Assembly (NCBI GenBank): GCA_049510745.1
Contig: JBEKYR010000049.1
Coordinates: 1-35,379 of the forward strand
Length of the DNA stretch: 35,379 bases
Direction: 5' to 3'
From: Verrucomicrobiota bacterium
GTDB lineage: Bacteria; Verrucomicrobiota; Verrucomicrobiia; Limisphaerales; Palsa-1400
The translations under genes and the position numbers were made by a program. Shown one piece after another: positions 27,499 through 35,379 of this stretch. The notes under the pieces were generated by a model. It searched no databases. It saw only the letters and a program-made list of their open reading frames with translations, and was not told the DNA's origin. How positions within the stretch are numbered: position 1 is the stretch's first letter; the number at the start of each line of letters is the position of its first letter.

Positions 27499-28263
27499 TC
27501 AATTGGATTTGATGGGTGAAATTTCCGCGTGAATGAATTCCCGGATGCGCGGGTCTTTATTCTGCTTGACTTCCGCGGGCGTGCCGATGAAGACGATCCG
27601 GCCCTCGCTGATGATCGCGACCCGGTCGGCGATGGAAAAGGCCAGGTCCCGGTCATGCGAAACGACAATGACGGTGGCGCGGGTGCGTTTGTTCAACCGG
27701 ACGATTTCCTGGCCGATGGTCACGGCCATGATCGGGTCCAGTTCCGAGGTCGGCTCGTCAAAGAGAATCAGTTGCGGTTCGACGACCAGGGCGCGGGCGA
27801 TGGCCACCCGTTTTTGCATGCCGCCGGACAATTCGCTGGGCGCCCGGTCTTCCAACCCCGGCAAACCGACGGTTTCGAGGTTGCGGGCGACGATGGCGGC
27901 GATTTCCGCGGGCGGCTTGAGCTGATGCTCGCTCAGATAGAGGCCCACGTTCTCGCCTACCGTCAACGAAGTGAGCAACGCGGACGACTGGAAGACCATG
28001 GCCATGCGGTACTTGTCCCGCACCGCGGGGTTTTGGATCGACTCCCCTTCGATGAGGATCTGGCCGGAGTCGGGCGTTTCCAGGCCGATGATGTGTTTGA
28101 GCAGGACGCTCTTGCCGCTGCCGCTGGGTCCCATGATGACGAACAGTTCGCCGGCGTTGACCTGGAAGGTGATGCCCTTGAGGACCTCGTTGCCCGCATA
28201 GCTCTTGCGCAGGTCGAGCACTTCGACGCGGGCGCTTTCCGGATGGGTGTCGGGGCCGTTCAT
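27499..28263 (-). CDS. mlaF: ABC transporter ATPase, MlaF/Mkl family
   Basis: GPSGSGKS, LSGGMQKRVAIARAL, ILFDEPT, VSHD; start MNGPD overlaps the mlaE stop (ATGA). Confidence 0.93.
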   Translation of the reverse strand: MNGPDTHPESARVEVLDLRKSYAGNEVLKGITFQVNAGELFVIMGPSGSGKSVLLKHIIGLETPDSGQILIEGESIQNPAVRDKYRMAMVFQSSALLTSLTVGENVGLYLSEHQLKPPAEIAAIVARNLETVGLPGLEDRAPSELSGGMQKRVAIARALVVEPQLILFDEPTSELDPIMAVTIGQEIVRLNKRTRATVIVVSHDRDLAFSIADRVAIISEGRIVFIGTPAEVKQNKDPRIREFIHAEISPIKSN

Positions 28264-29006
28264 TTTTGGACGTAAAGCAAAAATCGCGTCAGGAAATAAT
28301 CCAGGATCAGGATGACGACGATGGAGTTGACCACCGCCTTGGTCACGCTGCGGCCGATGCCGCGCGGGCCGCCGCGCGTAATCAGGCCCTGATGGCAGGA
28401 GATGATGCCGATGGCCAGGGCGAAGACGAAGGCCTTGAAGATGCCGTTGCACACGTCCCCCACCTCCACCACGTCGCGCAGGTTTTGAAAAAAACTGTCG
28501 AAGTTGACCGCGATTTTCTGGTTGAAATCGCACACCAGCGCCCCGCCAAACCACCCGACCGGAATGGAAAAGAGCACCAGCGTGGGCAGGGCCACCGCGA
28601 TGGCCACCATGCGGGGCAGCACCAGATACCGCACCGGGTCGATGTTCATGGTGCGCAAGGCGTCGATCTCCTGATAGACCCGCATCGAGCCGATCTCGGC
28701 CGACATGGCCGAGCCGATGCGCCCGGCGATGAGGATGGCGATCATGACCGGGGCCAGTTCCTTGCACATCGAAAGCCCGATCATGCCGCCCAGCACGTAG
28801 CTGATGCCCCGTTCGACCAGGACCGGGCCGGTTTGCAGGGCCAGCACGCCGCCGATGAAGAGCGACAGGATGCAGACCATGAACAGGCTGGCGTTTCCAA
28901 TCTCGAACAATTGGTCATAGACCTTCTGCCGCTGCCGCCACAGCAGGGGCAGCGCCTGCAGTGTCCGCCAAAACAAAATTGCGATTTCGCCGATATTCTG
29001 GTACAT
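28260..29006 (-). CDS. mlaE: MlaE-family ABC permease
   Basis: KELAPV..IAGRIGSAMSAEIGSMRVYQEIDALRTM.IDPVRYLVLPR; GIGRSVTKAVV. Confidence 0.95.
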   Translation of the reverse strand: MYQNIGEIAILFWRTLQALPLLWRQRQKVYDQLFEIGNASLFMVCILSLFIGGVLALQTGPVLVERGISYVLGGMIGLSMCKELAPVMIAILIAGRIGSAMSAEIGSMRVYQEIDALRTMNIDPVRYLVLPRMVAIAVALPTLVLFSIPVGWFGGALVCDFNQKIAVNFDSFFQNLRDVVEVGDVCNGIFKAFVFALAIGIISCHQGLITRGGPRGIGRSVTKAVVNSIVVILILDYFLTRFLLYVQK

Positions 29007-30457
29007 CAGGATTTGGGCTGGGCGGGGGCGGCCGTTTTTTTGCCGAGGTTAATGCAGCCAACGCGCCAGTTTCCGCCTTCCGGTGTCGATTGATACTGAA
29101 AAAGGCCAAACAAGAGCGAGGCTTTTTTTGACTCCGCCGTCTTTTCCCGCCGGTAGAGATTCCAGAGGAGCGATTGATTGGAGGCGCCGGTGCGGGCGTT
29201 GTGTTCGGACCGCCAGAGCGACCACAATGGCGAATACTCCCGCCGCATCGCCCGGTTGTTCGGGAAAAACGGCTCCAGCAACGCCAGCGCCTGCAATTGC
29301 GCGCTCCCGTCCCGCTCGCGATGATAAGTGTAGAACGGCCAAAAATCGACCCGCCGCCGGGTCTCGCCCGTCCGCGTGTTTTTTTCCACTGTGTCCGAGT
29401 AGAGAAACCACAGCACCCGCGTCCGGCGGCGGTCCAGGGGAGGGGATTGCAGGCGGTTGAACTTGTAAACCGGCCAGGCGTAAAAATCGCTTTCCAGGTT
29501 CTGGTTCTGCGCGTGGCTGTAAAGAGGAAAGAAGCGCGTCACCGTTTTGGACCCGCGCGCCTTGACAAACAGCGGCCAGAGAAGGTCGCGTTCGGAGTAA
29601 CCCTTCCCGCGATCGTCAATTATATTATATCCGAACGGCCAGCCGTAGTCGGTTTCATCCCGGAGGGGCGACCGGGTCTGGCTGTAGAACGGCAGCAGCG
29701 TGCGGCTGGCGGCGGGATTGGTCGTTCCCAGGCCGAGCCGGCTCTGGAAGTAAAACGGCCAGAGCGCGAAAAACTTCTCGTAGCCGCCGACTTCTTCCAC
29801 CTCGTCCAGCGAATTGGTGCGCAACGTCGGGGCTTTGTGCTCGGCGCCCGCCAGCGGCCACACCTGCCATCCCGTCAACTGATCGCCGCGCCGGCGGTCG
29901 AATATCGGAAAGAGATAATTGTCCGTCACCACGTCCTTCTTCCGCGTTTCTGAATAAAGCGGAAACAGGATGAAGTCGATCTCGTCCCGGTACAAACGGT
30001 TTTTAAGATGGCCGTAAAATGGCACGACGGCTGTGTAATTCAGATTGGTGTCGGGCGACCGCTGCCGGAAATAAATCGGAAAGAACGTCGTCCGGCGCGC
30101 GCCGCCCGCCTCTTGTGATTTCCCGCCGGAAAAGGTCAACAATTCGGCCAACTGCAAAGTATATTCCGAGCCGAAGCGCCGGTAATCGATCACCGGATAG
30201 AATATCTCCCACTCGCTCCAATCCACGCTCGGCGTTCGCGTCTGGCAAAAGAAAGGAGGAAGCGCCCATTGCTCCTGCCCCTCCGAGGATTGCGCGTAAT
30301 AAAACGGTCCGGCCGCTTCCTCCCGCCAGCCGGAAGTCAATGTCAACGAAAACTTCGCGTAGGCGGGGCCGGCGTCGATTTCCCTCTCATTCCCAGCCAA
30401 CGCCGAAAGCGCCAAAAACGGACAAACCATCCAATAAAAAAATCGCGTCACGAGCAT
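29006..30457 (-). CDS. Exported hypothetical protein made of about 20 aromatic-Pro-aromatic repeats, translationally coupled to mlaE
   Basis: Signal-like N-terminus (MLVTRFFYWMVCPFLALSALAG); recurring (W/F/L)P(F/L/I)(Y/F) motifs; its stop overlaps the mlaE ATG (TGATG). Start is uncertain. Confidence 0.8.
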   Translation of the reverse strand: MLVTRFFYWMVCPFLALSALAGNEREIDAGPAYAKFSLTLTSGWREEAAGPFYYAQSSEGQEQWALPPFFCQTRTPSVDWSEWEIFYPVIDYRRFGSEYTLQLAELLTFSGGKSQEAGGARRTTFFPIYFRQRSPDTNLNYTAVVPFYGHLKNRLYRDEIDFILFPLYSETRKKDVVTDNYLFPIFDRRRGDQLTGWQVWPLAGAEHKAPTLRTNSLDEVEEVGGYEKFFALWPFYFQSRLGLGTTNPAASRTLLPFYSQTRSPLRDETDYGWPFGYNIIDDRGKGYSERDLLWPLFVKARGSKTVTRFFPLYSHAQNQNLESDFYAWPVYKFNRLQSPPLDRRRTRVLWFLYSDTVEKNTRTGETRRRVDFWPFYTYHRERDGSAQLQALALLEPFFPNNRAMRREYSPLWSLWRSEHNARTGASNQSLLWNLYRREKTAESKKASLLFGLFQYQSTPEGGNWRVGCINLGKKTAAPAQPKS

Positions 30458-30677
30458 CAAACCCGATGTTCTCCGCCAGCACCGTACGGGCTTCTCCCAT
30501 TCCGTCAAGGAACGCCCGAAAACTGTAAGGGAATACCCGGCGGACATGCTCAAATCGCCCGTTAACGATAACTTTATCGAAATAGACCGAAACTGTGCTT
30601 TTAATGCTCGCACGTTAACACGAATTACATTGACTTTCTCGATTTGGTCATTAATGTCTGTCCACAGATTGAGGTTT

Positions 30678-33518
30678 TTACCTCGGTTCCTCCAGACCCA
30701 GTGGCGGCTCTGCATTACTGCTACTGGGTCTTTTTTTTGTCACCGTCCAGCCGACCCGCTCAAGAATATTCAGCAGCGCCGGCAAAAAGGTCAGGCCGGC
30801 AATCAAGCAGGCGCTGATTCCGACCGCCATGACAAATCCCAGGCTTTCGATGCCTTGATGTTTGCCGAGAACCAAACTGCCGAATCCTACCGTCGCTGTC
30901 AGTCCGGATACCAGCACGGCCTTGCCGGTGCTCTTGGCCAGGATGCTGGCCTGTTGTTCCTCGGCGACCCGATTGAGGATCTGAATGCCGTTGGTCACGC
31001 CGATGCCGATGACCAACGGAAGGGTCATGATGTTGGCGGGGTTAAATGGAATACCCGCCGCGCCCATCAGCCCAAAGGTCCACGCCGAGCCGATGGCCAC
31101 CGGCAGGAGCGAGAGCACCACGCAGGGCACCGAGCGAAAATGCAAATAGATCATGATGGCAATGACGCCCAGCGCGTAAAGCGCCGCCTGCTCGTAGCTC
31201 TCTTTGAGCAAGGTCGTGTACTCGTAAAGTTGCACCGGCGTGCCGGTCACCCGATCGCCGTGGGTTCCCAGGGCCGATCTGAGTTCGGAGAGGAACTTCC
31301 CCTGGACGTCGTGCTCCCAGATGTTCCCGGACGGATAGACCTGAACCATATACTTCCCGGTCCGGCCCACGAACTGTGTCTGCAACGCCGCCGGCAAGTC
31401 CTCCGGCCGCAGCCGGCTGCCGGTGTCCTGCGTCATGAGCGACTCGAATGTCTGGCGAATATCGTCAAAGAGCGCCTCTTGGTACTCGCGCAGGCGTTGT
31501 GGAATGGCCGGATCCGCCGAGAGCATCTTCACCCGGAATTGGCTGATCGCCTCGCGCAGCGAACGCAGTTGCGCCGCCACTTTCGGATCGTCTTTCTGCG
31601 CCTCATCCGCCGCCAGCGCCAGATACGCCATCGTGCTGTAAAGCGTCCCGCTCAGGGCATGGAGACGGACGGACTTGGCCTCTTCGCTGGCCAGTTGCGC
31701 GCGGGGGGACTCATCCTTGGCCGGGGAGGCCAGTTCGAGGGCGGGGCTGGCGTCCTGCCTGGCAAACTGCAAGTGGGAAACTTCATCCTTGATCGCCCGC
31801 ACCAGGGCGAGTTTTGACGACTGGTCTTTGGTCAGCAGCTCGAAGATCGCGTCGCCCCGGTCATCGCCATCGACGCTGGCAACCGACGGCAGGCGCCTGA
31901 CAGTTTCTTCGAATTGGCGGGCCTGCGCCAGCGAGTCGGCCACCACCGCGGCATAGAGCACCGAGGTGCCGGAGAAGAGCAGTTTTTTCTCATAGACCAC
32001 CGCCGGCAATCCTTTGCTCTGCATGTTGAGCAGGTTGTAATCGAAACTCACCTTGTGGAATTGGGTCGCCGCCGCCGCGCACAAGGCCAGTGCCAGGCCC
32101 AGCACCAGCCCGGGCCGGTCCAACCAGAGCCTTTCAATCCGCGCCCGCTGCGCGGCGGGCATCCCCCCCTCGCGGTCAAGCACATTTTGTCGCCCCCGCA
32201 TCAGCAGCGCCGGCAGCATCGTCATCATCGGTATCAGGCACAACACCAGGCCCCCGCCGGAAATGATCCCCATTTCCTGGATGCCTTTGAAATCCGTCAA
32301 CCCCATCGCCAGAAACGCCGTCGCCGTCGTCAGCGCCCCCGTGACGATCCCCTGCCCGGTAAACACCATGGCCTTCTCGACCGCTTCCTGCGGTGTCCGC
32401 CGCCGCCGGATTTCCTCCTCGTAACGCGTGATGAAATGCACCCCGAAATCAATCGCCAGGCCAATCAGGATGGGCGCGAAGGTGATCGTCAAAATGTTCA
32501 AATGCCCGATGGTCAAGGTGGTGAATCCCATGGTGTATCCCAGGCCCACCAGGAGGCAGGCCACCGCCTTGAGCGGACGTCCCGTGCCGTGGTAGGAGTA
32601 GATGAAGATCAGCGCGCACAGGACCAGCGACACAACGCTGGCCAGCGTCGAGTCCCGCTGCGATTGCAGCATTTCGTCATAGTCCAGCACCGGTTCGCCC
32701 GTCAGGCCGGCGTTCAGCCCCGGCACCTCGACTTCCGTCTGCGCCAGCAGCGTCCGCATTCGTTTGACAGCCGCTGGAATCAGCTCACCGCTGCGCGCGC
32801 GCACCGTCACCAGGTAAATCCGGTTGCTGGCGAAGGTGATGTACATCCGCTTCTGCGCTTCGTCGCCCGCCCCAAAGAGCGCGTCCACTCCCGGCGAAAC
32901 GGGGCGTCCCGGCCGCGACAACGAATCGGTGGCCTGGTCGATGATCCGTTGCAGCGCCGGGATGGCGCCGAGCAGCGCGTTGTTTTGCGCGTTGGTTTCG
33001 CGTCGGGCCGTGCGAAACTGCCTGTTAATCAGCCCAAAGAACGAATCCAGGTTGGTGGCTTTGGTGAATTGCTCGATAAACGGCCGGTAATCGACCAATT
33101 GCTGCCGCAGGTCCTTCAAATCCGCTTCCGGCACGAAGAGCAGCGCCTTGGGACCGAGGGAGGCCAGGTCGCCTTTGTAGAAGACGTTGGTGAAAAGATT
33201 GGTTTCCGGTTCCAACTTCGCCGCCAGCCGTTCCACGAACTGCCGGTTCCGTTCCATGTTTTCGCTCTCGACCACCACCGCCATCTCGTCCTGCGCCGGA
33301 AACTCCTTTTGAAACCGCATGAACACCTGGTGGTACTTCTTGTCCGCCCCCACCAGATTGTCCCGGCTCATGTCGAACTGCAGCCGCAAACAAGTGTAAA
33401 ACACGCACAGCCCAAAGACCACAATCTGCGGCCCGATAAACCAGCGCGGATGCCGGATGACGATCCGCGCCACCGCCCGCAAGCCGCGGGCAAAGAGAGT
33501 CTGGTCCATCGATGTCAC
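30678..33518 (-). CDS. hpnN: MMPL/RND-family transporter, HpnN (hopanoid transporter)-like
   Basis: Two-repeat RND topology; GLTGEPVL..DE, LIGLAIDFGVHF, NPANIMTLPLVIGIGV, HQGIESLG. RND family is secure, the HpnN subfamily less so; start may be ATG 33509. Confidence 0.75.
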   Translation of the reverse strand: MTSMDQTLFARGLRAVARIVIRHPRWFIGPQIVVFGLCVFYTCLRLQFDMSRDNLVGADKKYHQVFMRFQKEFPAQDEMAVVVESENMERNRQFVERLAAKLEPETNLFTNVFYKGDLASLGPKALLFVPEADLKDLRQQLVDYRPFIEQFTKATNLDSFFGLINRQFRTARRETNAQNNALLGAIPALQRIIDQATDSLSRPGRPVSPGVDALFGAGDEAQKRMYITFASNRIYLVTVRARSGELIPAAVKRMRTLLAQTEVEVPGLNAGLTGEPVLDYDEMLQSQRDSTLASVVSLVLCALIFIYSYHGTGRPLKAVACLLVGLGYTMGFTTLTIGHLNILTITFAPILIGLAIDFGVHFITRYEEEIRRRRTPQEAVEKAMVFTGQGIVTGALTTATAFLAMGLTDFKGIQEMGIISGGGLVLCLIPMMTMLPALLMRGRQNVLDREGGMPAAQRARIERLWLDRPGLVLGLALALCAAAATQFHKVSFDYNLLNMQSKGLPAVVYEKKLLFSGTSVLYAAVVADSLAQARQFEETVRRLPSVASVDGDDRGDAIFELLTKDQSSKLALVRAIKDEVSHLQFARQDASPALELASPAKDESPRAQLASEEAKSVRLHALSGTLYSTMAYLALAADEAQKDDPKVAAQLRSLREAISQFRVKMLSADPAIPQRLREYQEALFDDIRQTFESLMTQDTGSRLRPEDLPAALQTQFVGRTGKYMVQVYPSGNIWEHDVQGKFLSELRSALGTHGDRVTGTPVQLYEYTTLLKESYEQAALYALGVIAIMIYLHFRSVPCVVLSLLPVAIGSAWTFGLMGAAGIPFNPANIMTLPLVIGIGVTNGIQILNRVAEEQQASILAKSTGKAVLVSGLTATVGFGSLVLGKHQGIESLGFVMAVGISACLIAGLTFLPALLNILERVGWTVTKKRPSSSNAEPPLGLEEPR

Positions 33519-33740
33519 GCCGCCCTCCCTTCCCTTCGGGCCGGCGGGGCCGCGCTGGCGGGCGTCGGGGCCATCCTGGGTCTAGTGGTTGACATTCGGT
33601 TCTACTGCCCTTACGGCGTTCCAGCGCAAATCTTGCCTTCGCCTCGCGGGCTGGCGCGGCGGACTGCGGTCTTCAAAACAGGGGATGCGCCGGTGGCGCC
33701 TTGGGGGTCTTGTGCTCATCGGATGTTGCTGCGCCGGCCG

Positions 33741-34469
33741 CTATTCGGTGAACTCCGCGTTGGAATGCACTTCTTTGACATCGTCATGCTCTTCCAACAC
33801 GTCAATCAGCCTGCTCGTTTCCTCCATCGCCTTGGCGTTGGCCAGCGGCACCGTCAGCACCGGCAGCCACGTCACTTCCGCCGCTGCCGCCTTGATCCCT
33901 TTGGCTTCGATCGCCTTATGCACCGCTTCGAACCGCGCCACATCCGTCAATACCTCGTAGCCGTGGGCGTCGGTCTTGAAATCTTCCGCCCCCGCCTCCA
34001 GCGCCACTTCCATGACCGCGTCTTCCGCCGCCGCTTCCCGCGGCACGATGATCTGCCCCTTGCGGTGAAACAAACGCGAGACCGACCCCGCCGTCGCGAT
34101 CGTCCCCCCGTTCTTGGTCAGCAAACTGCGGATTTCCGACGCTGTCCGGTTCCGGTTATCCGTGCTCAATTCAATGAGCAAGGCGACGCCATGCGGCCCA
34201 AAGGCCTCGTAAGTCAAATCCTCGTAAGTGATCATTTCGCCCCCGCCCGTGCCGCGTTTGACGGCGCGCTCGATATTGTCGTTGGGCATGTTGGCGGCGC
34301 GGCACTTGAGCAAGACCATGCGCAAGCGCGGGTTCATCGCCGGGTCGCCCCCGGCCAGCCTGGCCGCGATGGTGATTTCCTTGCTCAATTTGGCGAAGAT
34401 TTTCGCCCGCTTGGCATCGACCGCCCCCTTGAAATGCTTCACCTTGGCCCATTTGCTGTGTCCTGCCAT
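33741..34469 (-). CDS. yebC: YebC/PmpR-family protein
   Basis: MAGHSKWA..KHFK, NPRLR, NMPNDNIERA, TDNRNRT, DDVKEVHSN. Confidence 0.97.
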   Translation of the reverse strand: MAGHSKWAKVKHFKGAVDAKRAKIFAKLSKEITIAARLAGGDPAMNPRLRMVLLKCRAANMPNDNIERAVKRGTGGGEMITYEDLTYEAFGPHGVALLIELSTDNRNRTASEIRSLLTKNGGTIATAGSVSRLFHRKGQIIVPREAAAEDAVMEVALEAGAEDFKTDAHGYEVLTDVARFEAVHKAIEAKGIKAAAAEVTWLPVLTVPLANAKAMEETSRLIDVLEEHDDVKEVHSNAEFTE

Positions 34470-34480
34470 AAACTCGGGTT

Positions 34481-34819
34481 TCAGGCGTGCGCTTCGACTT
34501 GGATCGCCGTGCCGTAGCACAGCACCTCCGTGATGCCCGGCATGATCTCCGTGGCGTCATACCGGATGCCGATGACGGCGTTGGCGCCAAGTTGGTTGGC
34601 GTGCGAAATCATATCGCGAAACGCCTCGTCACGCGTCTGCTCGCACAAGTCAGTGTAAATCGTGATATTGCCGCCGAAGAGGCTTTGAATGCTCGCTCCG
34701 ATGTTGCCCACCACCGAGCGCGACCGCACGACAATCCCGCGGACCACGCCGAAATTCTTTGTCGTCCGGTAGCCTGGCAGATCGAATGCCGTTGTCGTCA
34801 ATGGATGTGTTGTGCTCAT
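34481..34819 (-). CDS. ybjQ: YbjQ/UPF0145-family protein
   Basis: [34 protein letters not shown]. Confidence 0.93.
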   Translation of the reverse strand: MSTTHPLTTTAFDLPGYRTTKNFGVVRGIVVRSRSVVGNIGASIQSLFGGNITIYTDLCEQTRDEAFRDMISHANQLGANAVIGIRYDATEIMPGITEVLCYGTAIQVEAHA

Positions 34820-35010
34820 AAGTCACCTGCTTCACCAACAATGCCCCGCGCCGCGCACCCCTGTCAACCCCGTCGCGTCCGATCCAGACCCGCCGACATG
34901 GGTAAATCTTGGGCGAAGGTGGGCGCGAGGGCAATCCGGTCTCTGCGGCTGTTCCGCAGCACTGGCTTCCGTTGAAAAGCATTGATATTTTTGCGCAAGC
35001 GGGTAGTTTT

Positions 35011-35211
35011 ATGAGGATGAAAGTGAATGTGAAACGGCAGGCCAGATGGTCGAAGCTGAGAATCGTTGGGAAACGGGGAGCCACGCAAAATGGACATATG
35101 CATGTGGTCAGCCCGGCAACCGCCTCTGAAATCCGAGCTGCGTTGAATATCCGATCTTCCCACATCAGAAACGCTCTGAGCGCCCTCAAAGCCGCCGGGA
35201 TAAAGGTTTAA
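35011..35211 (+). CDS. Small basic hypothetical protein with an HTH-like C-terminus
   Basis: ATG at 35011 or 35017 after an AT-rich tract; PATASEIRAALNIRSSHIRNALSALKAAG resembles an HTH. Confidence 0.4.
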   Translation: MRMKVNVKRQARWSKLRIVGKRGATQNGHMHVVSPATASEIRAALNIRSSHIRNALSALKAAGIKV

Positions 35212-35276
35212 TCCTCTCGTAATATATATGAGAGCGTCAAGGGACTTCAGATGGCCCAATCCTCGTATAGCTTCCC

Positions 35277-35344
35277 CGACGTTGTTCATCGGCTGAGCAA
35301 GGGCGCCCCGGTTTGCCCCTCCGCTCAGACGGTGAACAACGTCG
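35277..35344. repeat. Long imperfect palindrome (REP-like or structured RNA hairpin)
   Basis: Arms cgacgttgttcatcggctgagc and gctcagacggtgaacaacgtcg pair at 20/22 positions, with an inner gggc/gccc stem. Confidence 0.7.
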
Positions 35345-35379
35345 TCGCCGCGCGCCGAAGGCAAATGATGCTTCGATTC

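Noticed and set aside
31914..34517. 867-aa plus-strand ORF and other long antisense ORFs (e.g. 30546-31817, 28266-29093, 2658-3572)
   Set aside because: Shadow frames of well-supported minus-strand genes in GC-rich DNA; no recognisable motifs.

Overview
GC-rich bacterial window, probably Verrucomicrobiota or another PVC organism (inferred from a PEP-CTERM remnant, a PVC-type prepilin leader, a C-terminal 'FYRL' tail and a PQQ-repeat protein). It has three parts. (1) 1-14.7 kb is a carbohydrate-utilisation cluster: the 3' end of an AraC regulator, a 5'-truncated mannonate dehydratase, two paralogous IPT/beta-helix enzymes (one with a signal peptide and duplicated CBM-like domains, one fused to a type IV pilin-like leader), a divergent GH38-like protein, a GH29 with a non-canonical active site and a LamG-domain protein. 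(2) 15.2-26.3 kb is a mosaic of mobile DNA: tRNA 3' remnants, ISL3 and IS91 fragments, integrase and other gene remnants, an intact large serine recombinase with an unusual basic helical tail, tandem strong promoters, cargo genes, and an excisionase plus tyrosine integrase lying 5' of tRNA-Phe. (3) 26.3-35.4 kb looks like core genome: tRNA-Phe, a tightly coupled operon of an aromatic-repeat protein plus mlaE-mlaF-mlaD downstream of an HpnN-like RND transporter, then yebC and ybjQ. The best candidates for new biology are the pilin-leader-fused glycan enzyme, the Mla/HpnN module with its repeat protein, and the tailed recombinase. All family calls come from motif recognition only; no searches were run.
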